The notes beneath the pieces were generated by a model. It was not told where the DNA came from, ran no database searches, and was given only the letters and a program-made list of their open reading frames with translations. From contig JBDRRP010000037.1 in the NCBI GenBank assembly GCA_043825735.1, positions 1-58,468 on the forward strand: a stretch of DNA of 58,468 bases, written 5' to 3'. Positions 48,612 to 57,592 of this stretch are shown here, piece by piece. The position numbers were made by a program, and so were the translations under genes. Within the stretch, counting starts at the first letter, position 1, and each line of letters begins with the position of its first letter. This DNA comes from Pseudomonadota bacterium (GTDB lineage: Bacteria > Desulfobacterota > Desulfobacteria > Desulfobacterales > JBDRRP01).

Positions 48612-48682
48612 AATCGGGGTCGGGATCGAAATCGGGATCGAAATCAATGTCTTCCAAGGTCGATACCGATAGCGATTTCGAT
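48612..48682. repeat. Inverted ATCGnn tandem-repeat pair downstream of the GAPDH gene
   Basis: AATCGGGGTCGGGATCGAAATCGGGATCGAAATC ... GTCGATACCGATAGCGATTTCGAT. Confidence 0.7.
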
Positions 48683-48740
48683 GTTCAGCACGCGTTGTTG
48701 TGCAAACGGAAGGTATTTATGACAATGGCTATAACGATCC

Positions 48741-49991
48741 CTACAAAAACTCCGCAATACTCACCGTCCGGTCACCGAGCATGTTCACGTAGCTGCCCAT
48801 CTCGTTGTCGTACCACCCGTAGATGACCGCCTGGGTCATGGGAACGTGGATAATGGGGATGCCCAGGGCCTCCACCGTGGCCTTGTCGATGCCGGGAACG
48901 TTTTTCAGATCCACGGTCAGCTCGGCCGTGCGGCTGTGGGTTTCGTGCCCTTCGATGATGGTGGCCGCCCGCGGCGCACCGATAATGTCGCCGGAAACGT
49001 TTTGCTGCTCGGTAAATACCAGGTAGCCGCTGGGGTCGTCGGCCGCCGCCTGGCGAAAGACGTTGTTGACCACATCGCGGGTAATGGACCGGCCGCCCAG
49101 TTCCTCCTGGAGGTTGAGCACCAAAATAATCAGCGAACCGGTGGAGGTGGGAATGCGCACCGACTCGGCGATGAAACCGATTTCTTCCATGGCCGGAATC
49201 ACGAGCCGGAGTGCCCGCGCCGCGCCGGTGGTGGTTAGTATGATGTTGTTGATGATGCTGCGGTTTTTCCTCAGATCCGTCTTGCCCGCGCCCGGCAGCC
49301 GGTCGAGCACCTGCTGAGAGCCGGTGGCCGCATGCACCGTGGCCATGGATGCCGAAAGGATCCGCTGGGGACCGAAGGCGTTGAGCAGCGGCTTCATCAT
49401 ATGCGCCAGGCACGTGGTGGTGCACGACGCGTTGCTGATGAGGCAATGCCGCCGGGGGTCGTAGTCCGTGTCGTTGATCCCCATGACGGTCGTGACGGCG
49501 TCTTCGGGCATGGACCCGCCCTGATCCTTGATCTTGAAGGGCGCTGACGCGATCACCTTCTCGGCTCCGGCGAGCAGATGCCCCCTGAGCGCCCCCTTGG
49601 GTCCATCCCCGGGCTCTGTCGGATCGAGAAACTGTCCGGTGGTATCCACCACCACGCGCACATTGTACTCTGCCCACTGGATATCGGCCGGGCGGCGATG
49701 GCTCCGGAGAAACCGCACCGGCACCCCGTCGACGGTCATGGTGCCGGCGGCCTCGTCGACATCGGCAATGACAGGCCGGGCGGCTTGCCCGTAGAGATAG
49801 TTATGCAACTGCCCGTAAGTGGAATCGCGTTCGGTATAGTGGGCGATATCCGCCAGCGATGTGCCGACCTTGCGACCGATGTTGATCACCACTTCACGGA
49901 AGTATTTCCGTGCCACATGGTGCCAGAGCGTCAGCTTGCCGATGCGACCGAAACCATTGATGCCGAGAACCAGATCGCTGCCTGTATCCAT
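48741..49991 (-). CDS. gap: Atypical long glyceraldehyde-3-phosphate dehydrogenase family protein
   Basis: INGFGRIG, SNASCTTTCL, TVHA, TTTGAA and WYDNE motifs; 416 aa with insertions. Confidence 0.88.
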   Translation of the reverse strand: MDTGSDLVLGINGFGRIGKLTLWHHVARKYFREVVINIGRKVGTSLADIAHYTERDSTYGQLHNYLYGQAARPVIADVDEAAGTMTVDGVPVRFLRSHRRPADIQWAEYNVRVVVDTTGQFLDPTEPGDGPKGALRGHLLAGAEKVIASAPFKIKDQGGSMPEDAVTTVMGINDTDYDPRRHCLISNASCTTTCLAHMMKPLLNAFGPQRILSASMATVHAATGSQQVLDRLPGAGKTDLRKNRSIINNIILTTTGAARALRLVIPAMEEIGFIAESVRIPTSTGSLIILVLNLQEELGGRSITRDVVNNVFRQAAADDPSGYLVFTEQQNVSGDIIGAPRAATIIEGHETHSRTAELTVDLKNVPGIDKATVEALGIPIIHVPMTQAVIYGWYDNEMGSYVNMLGDRTVSIAEFL

Positions 49992-52900
49992 TTATGCCTC
50001 CTTTAGCATGGCATGCCCTTGATAGACCGAACCCTCCTGACCGTCAACACTAATGTAGGCGCCGGAATCCAGGCGTTTGCCATCGAATGAACAGGACCGC
50101 TTCTTTTCGTTGACAACAAGGTTACCGCACCCGACCACACAGGTCTTCTCCAACCGATGGGCCACGACCGCCGCATGGGAGGTCACACCGCCGCGTGCGG
50201 TGAGCAGACCGTCGGCGGCATAAATCTCACGGATATCGTCGGGAACCGTGTCACCGCGGACCAGGATCAGATGGGTATCGGGCTCCTTAACCCGCCAATC
50301 GTCGATTTCCTGAAGGGTGAACACCACACGGCCGTTCATGGCGCCGCCGCTGACAGCGATGCCGTGCCCCAGAAACTGTTCTTCATCGATCCGCTCGTGG
50401 TCATAGGTCATGACCCGTTTTCGCTCCCGCATGGCCATATCCCGGGTCTGCAGCAGGTAAAGATCTTCTACGGTCGGGCTTTCAAAAGTGAACTCCATCT
50501 CCTGAGGACTCCACCCCCGGGTGTAGATCAATTCGTTGGCCCAGGTCTTTAGCGTATCGTAGATCTTCGGGAAATGCGTCTCCAGAGTGATATCGGTATC
50601 GCGCATCTCGGTTTCCTGCTGCAGCAGCGAAATGGGCAAAGTCGTGACCAGACCGCTCACCACGTCTTCTCCCTGGTTGGCGATGGTGAAATCCCCCCAG
50701 AGCTTGAGGATGTCGCCGGACCAGCGCGGGTTATGGGTAAAAAAGACGCCGGTACCCGATTGGGAGGACAGGTTGCCAAAGACCATCTCCTGGACGGTGA
50801 CCGCCGTGCCCCAGTCGTCAGAAATGCCCATGATGCGCCGATACGTGCGTGCCTTGGGCGAATACCAGGAGTCAAACACACTTTTAATGGTCATGTACAG
50901 CTGATCGAAAGGCTCGTCGACGATGTCGATGCCGTCATCCTGGATCAATTCGCGGTAGGCCAGCGCCACGGCCTTCATCTGCTCACCGGCAAAGCCCTTT
51001 TTGAGCGGGATGCCCAGTCGCTGCTTGAAGGCGCTGATAACGGCGTCGAAATCGTTTCGCTGGAGCCCGAAGGCCATGCCGTAGCACTGGAGAAACCGTC
51101 GATAACTGTCCCAGGCAAACCAGGTGTTGCCGGTGCGCCGGGCAAGACCTTCGGTGATGGGGATGTTCAGCCCCACGTTGAGAAAGGTATCCATCATGCC
51201 CGGCTGGGAAATGGCCGATCCACTGCGCACTGAAAACAGCAGCGGGTTTTCCGGGTCTCCAAAATTTTTCCCCGTCATCTGCTCGAGCCGCTGTATCTCC
51301 AGGGACAGGTGGTCCTTGAAATTCTGCTCCGCCGGAGAATAGCTCTCTAAGATGGCCTTGCAGCGGAAGGCTTCGGTGGTGATAATGAATCCTGGAGGAA
51401 CCGGCAGATTGTACTCGCGCAGCTTCACCATGTTCTGCCCCTTGTTGCCCAGATAGATAATGCTGTTGACCCGCTCCTTGGGCGACGCAATGGAGGTCAT
51501 GGCTCGCTGGGGGTCGTAGTTGAGCAATAACTGCAGTTTGTCGGTGGGCAGCCGGTCGGACTGGTGAAACAGTGTGTTGAGGATCCGACTTAGAAAGGTG
51601 TCGAGCTGCTGGAGCCCTAAAGAGAGGGCGATGCGATCCCTGAAAAACACCTCCGACACCCGGTGCTGGAACTGCTCCGGATCATTTTTGCCTTCCGGGG
51701 GCAGAAATTTCGGCAGCAGCTGCTCCGGCGGCAACTGGCTTAAGATCCGCGTCAGATTCTGCTCATGGATGTTGTTGAAATAGTCGTTGATGATGTTCTT
51801 CACCGCCTGGGCAAACCCTTTGAAAATGTCCAGGTACTGGGTGAAGGTGAATCCACGCACTTCCAGACTGTGCGCCAGAAGATCCAGTTGGCGCTCGATC
51901 TCCACCGAGGAGATCCCGTCAAGTTTGAGCGCCCGGTCAAAGAGCATGAGACGGTTGTAGATCTGATAGAAAGTGGCTTTGGTGATCAGGCTGAGATCAA
52001 TATCGTTGATGCGCTGCTCAAATAGCACGTTGGCCACCGACTCCAACCGAAAGGTCAAACCGAGCGCATCGAACTTGGTCTCATGATACCTGCCGTACAT
52101 GGACGGGATGTCCACAGTGAAATGCCGTTTCTTGTAAATGTCTTCACGGACTTCATAGATCGTATCGGAGACGGCGATGGTTTTCAGCCGCTCGAGAAAA
52201 TCGATCAGTCCGTTGAGTTTTTCCTTGGTTCCCGGGGATGCCAGCGCCGCACGCAGTCGATCGAGGTCCGGAAATGCTTCAGCGTGAAGCTGCGCCAGAT
52301 AATTGTCCATCTCGATGAAATCGAGATTGTACTTCTGGTAGAGCATTTTATAGAACTGGATCAGCAAAACAATCCGCCGACAGTCTACCGGTGTGGCGCC
52401 GGCGGCCCCCTTCAGAATGTCGGTCAACTCTGCTTCATCGAGACTGATCACCCCTCTGGGCCACGCATATCCCAGCGAACTCACGTGAGCGACGGCAATG
52501 CGCACTCCCGCGGCATACGGCCCATTGGGATCGATGCCTTCGTAAATGCTGGGAGGAACGTAGGGTTCCACCAGTCGCTTGTCACCGGTCTGCCAGTAAG
52601 CGAGCGTGGCTTCCATAAACTTCACTGCAAGATTGCTGCTCTCCACATGGCACTGTTTTCTTAAAAAATGAATGAGCACATCGCGGCGGTGGACGATCTC
52701 GTCAAGCTCGGTGGAAATGTCACGCAGCGCCCCTTCCGCGCCGATGTCATTGAAGTAAACCGGGAACAGTCGTGCCAGTTGTTTGGCGAGATTGTACACC
52801 GGCCCTATTCCGCTGTTGAGAAAACGCGTGATATCGCGGGGAAAAAGATCGGTGTCTTTGATGAAGACCCCGCACAGGGCAAGATGGATGGTCAGATAGG

Positions 52901-54170
52901 ACAGCAGGCGGGGCGAATACTTCGGGTTGAGTTCGATGAGTTCCAGCCAGGTCCGGATGTTCTGGATATGGGCCGGATTCATCTTCACCTGCCAGTCGTT
53001 ACCGACGCCACCGATCATGGGCGCCTGAAAACCGAGATCGATCATCCGATCGATGAAAAAGTTGATCAGTTCGCTGTCATCGGTCTTGATGACCCCTTTG
53101 CCCATATTGGAGACGCAGTTGAGTGCCGTCGCCGGGAAATCCTTCACCCGGCTTTTGAGAATGCCGAAGGTCCGCTCGATCAACTGTCGGATATGCCGGT
53201 GGGTGGTCGTACCGATCAACCCGGTGAGGGTTCGGTTGATGTCACGCAGCGTTTCCTCGTGGATCGCAGACAACCCCGGGATGCTCATCATGTGAAAGAG
53301 AAAAATCACCTTCCACTGATTGCCCTGACCCATGAGGCGCCCAATGGCCATGATCCGCCCTGGAGCCCGGCGGTAATGATCGACGACGACACCGAATCCC
53401 TTCAGATCCACCATGGCTTTCAGCGAGTCGACGTCATTTTCACCAGTTGCCAGGATCGCCTTCAGACGCTCGAATTCGGTCCGGATCTTTTGGTGCGACA
53501 CCGGCAAGAGAATCTCCCTCAACGGGGCGTCATCATGGCTCTGCACCTCATTGAGAAACCACTCCAGGGGATCGTTCTCCGAAAGCCAGTAATCGTAGGT
53601 GTTCTCGTAGTAGCGCTGAAGGAGTTTCATGATTGTGGTAAGCCCCACCACGCGATAACCGTCGGGGTTATCGGCAATGAGCGCTGCCAACCGAGGAAGC
53701 TGAAAATAGCTCTTCATGAGAAGGGCGAAAAGCGGCTCCGGGAGCGACACAAACCGCTCGAAGGCGCTGTCCACCACCGGTGCGAACCGAAACAGATCGG
53801 GGCCGGCCTCCTTGAGCACCTTCTGCAGATAGAGCTGCAGGTTGTCCACGGCATCGACATGAATATCGGATGGCAGCTCCGTTGTGATGGCCGTTAGGAA
53901 CACCTCGACGAAAAGGGCCATGGCATCAGGCCCATCAGGATGCTGCCGGAGCAGGTGAAAGTAATCGAGGGCATATCCACGCGCCTCGTTGACAATAAAC
54001 CGCCAGTTCCGGTAGGGATGTGACAGCTCTTTGAGAAACGTGTTGAGCCCTTCCGTGAGGCCGTAGTATTTCGCCATCGCCTCCTGGATTGGGGCATACT
54101 TCGCATCGATGTCGACATCAACGTGGTAGCTGGCGACATTGGCCTCGAGGGCTTGAGATTTGAACGCCAC
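49992..54170 (-). CDS. Giant PPDK-like dikinase: ~900-aa unknown N-terminal region, ATP-grasp and phospho-His domain, no pyruvate-binding domain
   Basis: LGNKG, PVPPGF, SVRSGS..PGMMDT, QGEDVVSG, LQTR and GGVTSHAAVVA motifs; ends shortly after the His domain; GTG start with AGAGG RBS. Confidence 0.88.
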   Translation of the reverse strand: MAFKSQALEANVASYHVDVDIDAKYAPIQEAMAKYYGLTEGLNTFLKELSHPYRNWRFIVNEARGYALDYFHLLRQHPDGPDAMALFVEVFLTAITTELPSDIHVDAVDNLQLYLQKVLKEAGPDLFRFAPVVDSAFERFVSLPEPLFALLMKSYFQLPRLAALIADNPDGYRVVGLTTIMKLLQRYYENTYDYWLSENDPLEWFLNEVQSHDDAPLREILLPVSHQKIRTEFERLKAILATGENDVDSLKAMVDLKGFGVVVDHYRRAPGRIMAIGRLMGQGNQWKVIFLFHMMSIPGLSAIHEETLRDINRTLTGLIGTTTHRHIRQLIERTFGILKSRVKDFPATALNCVSNMGKGVIKTDDSELINFFIDRMIDLGFQAPMIGGVGNDWQVKMNPAHIQNIRTWLELIELNPKYSPRLLSYLTIHLALCGVFIKDTDLFPRDITRFLNSGIGPVYNLAKQLARLFPVYFNDIGAEGALRDISTELDEIVHRRDVLIHFLRKQCHVESSNLAVKFMEATLAYWQTGDKRLVEPYVPPSIYEGIDPNGPYAAGVRIAVAHVSSLGYAWPRGVISLDEAELTDILKGAAGATPVDCRRIVLLIQFYKMLYQKYNLDFIEMDNYLAQLHAEAFPDLDRLRAALASPGTKEKLNGLIDFLERLKTIAVSDTIYEVREDIYKKRHFTVDIPSMYGRYHETKFDALGLTFRLESVANVLFEQRINDIDLSLITKATFYQIYNRLMLFDRALKLDGISSVEIERQLDLLAHSLEVRGFTFTQYLDIFKGFAQAVKNIINDYFNNIHEQNLTRILSQLPPEQLLPKFLPPEGKNDPEQFQHRVSEVFFRDRIALSLGLQQLDTFLSRILNTLFHQSDRLPTDKLQLLLNYDPQRAMTSIASPKERVNSIIYLGNKGQNMVKLREYNLPVPPGFIITTEAFRCKAILESYSPAEQNFKDHLSLEIQRLEQMTGKNFGDPENPLLFSVRSGSAISQPGMMDTFLNVGLNIPITEGLARRTGNTWFAWDSYRRFLQCYGMAFGLQRNDFDAVISAFKQRLGIPLKKGFAGEQMKAVALAYRELIQDDGIDIVDEPFDQLYMTIKSVFDSWYSPKARTYRRIMGISDDWGTAVTVQEMVFGNLSSQSGTGVFFTHNPRWSGDILKLWGDFTIANQGEDVVSGLVTTLPISLLQQETEMRDTDITLETHFPKIYDTLKTWANELIYTRGWSPQEMEFTFESPTVEDLYLLQTRDMAMRERKRVMTYDHERIDEEQFLGHGIAVSGGAMNGRVVFTLQEIDDWRVKEPDTHLILVRGDTVPDDIREIYAADGLLTARGGVTSHAAVVAHRLEKTCVVGCGNLVVNEKKRSCSFDGKRLDSGAYISVDGQEGSVYQGHAMLKEA

Positions 54171-54343
54171 GCATCCTCTCTTTCGGTATGGGGCGGATCG
54201 CGGTCGCCAATCGCCGGCAACGGCCTTCGCGGGCTCGATCCGATGACGGGCGCCGCTCATTATCGGCAACAATCAGCCAACCCAAGGATTAGCAGAGGGG
54301 CCGGCGGTTTTCAAGCGTGTCGGGCCTGCATAGCGTCAATGTT

Positions 54344-54478
54344 GATGGCCTCGTAAAAAGTCAGAATCTCGCGCAAAGCCGCAGAGATCGCAAAGATAAG
54401 GAATTGATATTAATTAATTAAATTTTACTTGGCGTACTTGGCGTCTCTGCGAGAAAATTGCTTTTTTACGGGTTCATC
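54344..54478. mobile_element. MITE of the same terminus family as 43071, with a perfect 6-bp target duplication
   Basis: AATGTT|GATGGCCTCGTAAAAAG ... TTTTTACGGGTTCATC|AATGTT, followed by another left end GATGAAACCGTAAAAAG at 54485. Confidence 0.8.
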
Positions 54479-54574
54479 AATGTTGATGAAACCGTAAAAA
54501 GTGGGCACCACCGTATCAATCGTCGTATCGGGCATCAGCAAACCAACGCACCCAACCAAGCCGCAAAGCATCAG

Positions 54575-55111
54575 ATGAACTCAGGACAGGCTATACCACC
54601 GCGCACCATTTACCGGATCCTTTGCGAAGCAGGACTCATTTTGCTCGCAGCCGTCATTGCCGGTATCCTGGCGAATCATTTTTACAGTGACGGAATTGCC
54701 GTGCCCCCGCAGCCGTCTCCGGTGGCCACCCGTGCGCCGGCAGTGCTTTCCAGCCCGAAGATGATCGATGTGGAGACGGCATCCCAATGGTTTGACAATG
54801 GCTCGGCGATCTTTATCGATGCCCGGGACAAATATGGATTCGCCGAAAACCATGTGCCCGGCGCAATCCACCTCGATGTTCTCGACGCCGACACGTGGAT
54901 GATGGACATCTACCGCCGTTTGCCGCAGGATGGCAGAATCATCACCTATTCAGAAGGCGATACGGACGAAAGCGCGCTGCGCCTGGCCGAACGCCTGTCG
55001 GAAATCGGTTTCAAAAACGTCTACTGTCTGGACAACGGCTGGCAGGGATGGCTGGACCGGGGCCTGCCGGTCAGCGATGCGCTCACGGCAGTGCCGGGAT
55101 TGGATCGATGA
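54575..55111 (+). CDS. Membrane-anchored rhodanese-like protein (active-site Cys replaced by Ser)
   Basis: N-terminal TM; FIDAR..HVPGA; IITYSEG; LDNGW. Confidence 0.75.
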   Translation: MNSGQAIPPRTIYRILCEAGLILLAAVIAGILANHFYSDGIAVPPQPSPVATRAPAVLSSPKMIDVETASQWFDNGSAIFIDARDKYGFAENHVPGAIHLDVLDADTWMMDIYRRLPQDGRIITYSEGDTDESALRLAERLSEIGFKNVYCLDNGWQGWLDRGLPVSDALTAVPGLDR

Positions 55112-55121
55112 GTTCACGAAT

Positions 55122-55159
55122 AAAAAAAGCCCTGTCCGCTGAACGCGGAACAGGGCTTT
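55122..55159. terminator. Terminator between the convergent rhodanese gene and acsE
   Basis: AAAAAAAGCCCTGT..ACAGGGCTTT hairpin with a T-tract on the minus strand. Confidence 0.75.
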
Positions 55160-55176
55160 GGTCTTAAAGAGCAGGC

Positions 55177-56070
55177 TTAGATTTCCAGCCAGGAATCCGA
55201 GTACAGGGCATTGCCAAGGATGATATTGACCGTCTTGGCGTAGTCCTGCATTTCCTTGGGCAAGCTGGCGATGTCCGGCTGTTCGCCGTCCAGCATACCG
55301 TAGATCAGTTTGACGATGTCCGGTCGCTTTCCCTTGGCGATGGCAGTGAGGGTATCGTCCAGGGGATCGGAGATCACCGAATACATACCATTTTTTTCCA
55401 GCATGACCATGTAGGTCTGGTTCAGGATCGGCCGCAGATTGTCCGGAGGCCCATTGGAAATGTTGGACAATCCGCAGGTGCTCTTTGCACCCGGTGCGAT
55501 GTCCTCGATCATGGCCTGGAAATTCATCAGACTGATGAGCTGCGGCTGCTGGATGTTCACCGGCGTAACGATGCCGTCGACCCAGATCTTCTCGTTGGGG
55601 ATACCGGCTTCGTTTGCAAAGTAAATGAGTTCCACGGCAAGGGCGGCACGCTCGTTCTCGTCGCGGGGCAGACCCTCTGGGCCCCACATGAGGGCGACGA
55701 AATCCACGCCGTGCTCCGCCACTATCGGCACCATGCGCTCGTAGCGCTCAGGGCGCACCATGATGGAATTGACGAGGTGAGATTTGCCCGGCACTTCTTT
55801 GATCACCTTCAATGCCGCTTCGATGGCATCGATGTTGGATGTGTCCAGGGCCAGCGGCACGTCCGAAACGACTTCCTGAACCGTCTGGACCACCCAGGGC
55901 ATCAACTCGTGCCCATCCTTTTTGGCAGGGCCAAGGTTGATATCGATGTAATCCATCCCTTTTGATTTCTGGAAAAGCGCTTCTTCCTGAATCGGTTTAG
56001 GGTCGCGCTCTCTGAACGCTTTTCCGATTTTTTTGGAAATGACGTTCAAGCTTTCTCCAATGAGTAACAT
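55177..56070 (-). CDS. acsE: Methyltetrahydrofolate:corrinoid/iron-sulfur protein methyltransferase
   Basis: Pterin-binding fold (IGESLN, IDIN, ALDTSN, VNS, GLSNIS); follows acsC. Confidence 0.88.
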   Translation of the reverse strand: MLLIGESLNVISKKIGKAFRERDPKPIQEEALFQKSKGMDYIDINLGPAKKDGHELMPWVVQTVQEVVSDVPLALDTSNIDAIEAALKVIKEVPGKSHLVNSIMVRPERYERMVPIVAEHGVDFVALMWGPEGLPRDENERAALAVELIYFANEAGIPNEKIWVDGIVTPVNIQQPQLISLMNFQAMIEDIAPGAKSTCGLSNISNGPPDNLRPILNQTYMVMLEKNGMYSVISDPLDDTLTAIAKGKRPDIVKLIYGMLDGEQPDIASLPKEMQDYAKTVNIILGNALYSDSWLEI

Positions 56071-56134
56071 ACAACCTCCCTTTTCTCATGCGGCAGGGCG
56101 AAAGGCCGCTGAAGGCCTTTCGCCGTGAACGCCA

Positions 56135-57475
56135 TTATTTTGATTTCAAAAATGCAGGGATGTGTGCCGCTTCTCTGGGGCCGACCGTAATGGTCCAACC
56201 CGGGAGCTCTTCTTCCACATCACCGGCGATAGCCGCGGCATAACCGGGGATCACGAGCTCGGTGCGCTTCACCTTGTCCATAATGCCGCACTTCTTGACG
56301 AATGCGCCCACTTCGTCGCCGGCAAATTTCCCGGCAGCCCAGGCCGTCAGAACGGAAAGCCCCTCGGAATCCTTGATGAGCAGCCAGGTCGGCACTTTGC
56401 TGGCCTCTATTTCACCGGAGACGATGAAATAGGTCAGTGCGAAGTTGGTGGTCACCAGTACCGGCGAGTTCTCATTGGGGTTGTTGATTTCGTAAATGCC
56501 TTCGGTCACCACCATGGGACGCTGCGGATCGGTGAAGATGTTGAGGCGCTCCAGCAGCAATGGGAAGATGTTCTCACCGGTAAAGTCGCTCATGATGACA
56601 ATGCCGCCGTACTTGGCGACATACATGGCGGCAATGAGGGTTTCCATGTCGATGTTGCCGGCCATTTCACAAGGAAAGACGATGGTGGGAAACCCCACGG
56701 CACGGTTGGCGTTTTTAAGCGCCGCCCGCCGGATGGCCACCATGTCGTTGAAAGCCAGCTTGACCTCACGGGAACCCGGATCCAGGACGATGTCCTTGAT
56801 GCCCATTGCGGTCAGTTTCTCGGTGAGCGGCACCAGCGCCGCCACCGATCCGGCAACCACGGCTACGGGCAGATCATTGTCCTTGGCCAAAGCGCCAAAG
56901 GCGTCGATATTGTCGGCATTGGCCCCGTATATCAGCGGTCGTTTGAAAGCGGTGGCGGCGACACCGGCGCTCATCACGTCGGCATTGTCGCTCATGAGCA
57001 CGACGTTGAATTCGGAGGTCTCGGCCACCTGCTTGGCCACAGCGGCGAATGCAGCGGCATCACCGCTGACATCTTTCACCGCAACCAGCTCCGGGCGCAG
57101 ATTCAAGCCCACCCGTTCAAACTGCAGGGCGTTCCACTTTTTTAGCTTGCCGGCCAGTGCGTCTGGCGCGATATCGGAATTCACCAGAGCACCGAGCAGG
57201 GTAGGATTAAAAAAGGTCTTTTCATGACGATACTGAACCGTTTCGCCGCCTATGGTGGCCTTGCGGACACCGGCGCCCACGACCACCGGTCGGATCGGCG
57301 GCGCCGAAGCTTCCGCCAATTGGGCCCTGGCATCATCGGACACGTACGGGCAGCTGTCCAGTTCCGCCTTACCGGAAGCAAGGTTCATGGCGAAGGCCAA
57401 ACATGTCGGCACACCGCATTCCTTGCAGTTGGTTTTCGGCAGGAGTTTGAAAATCTGAATACCGGTTAATGCCAT
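56135..57475 (-). CDS. acsC: Corrinoid Fe-S protein large (gamma) subunit
   Basis: LPKTNCKECGVPTCLAFA, TDPQRP, TTNFALTY and SVLTAWAAGKF motifs. Confidence 0.96.
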   Translation of the reverse strand: MALTGIQIFKLLPKTNCKECGVPTCLAFAMNLASGKAELDSCPYVSDDARAQLAEASAPPIRPVVVGAGVRKATIGGETVQYRHEKTFFNPTLLGALVNSDIAPDALAGKLKKWNALQFERVGLNLRPELVAVKDVSGDAAAFAAVAKQVAETSEFNVVLMSDNADVMSAGVAATAFKRPLIYGANADNIDAFGALAKDNDLPVAVVAGSVAALVPLTEKLTAMGIKDIVLDPGSREVKLAFNDMVAIRRAALKNANRAVGFPTIVFPCEMAGNIDMETLIAAMYVAKYGGIVIMSDFTGENIFPLLLERLNIFTDPQRPMVVTEGIYEINNPNENSPVLVTTNFALTYFIVSGEIEASKVPTWLLIKDSEGLSVLTAWAAGKFAGDEVGAFVKKCGIMDKVKRTELVIPGYAAAIAGDVEEELPGWTITVGPREAAHIPAFLKSK

Positions 57476-57592
57476 CGTTGTCTCCTTATATAGTTTGAGC
57501 TGCGAATCCTCAGTCCGGTCTCAAGATAAAGGATAATGGCGGTCGGAGCGAGGCGCCGGCAATTGCGCGGCGCCTCACCCCGACAAGCCGTA

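Noticed and set aside
49992..54272. Canonical ppdK call and the 1426-aa start
   Set aside because: The pyruvate-binding domain is absent; the RBS supports GTG at 54170 rather than 54272.
54458..54574. Extended N-terminus of the rhodanese ORF
   Set aside because: The upstream TTG start lies inside MITE termini; ATG 54575 is more plausible.
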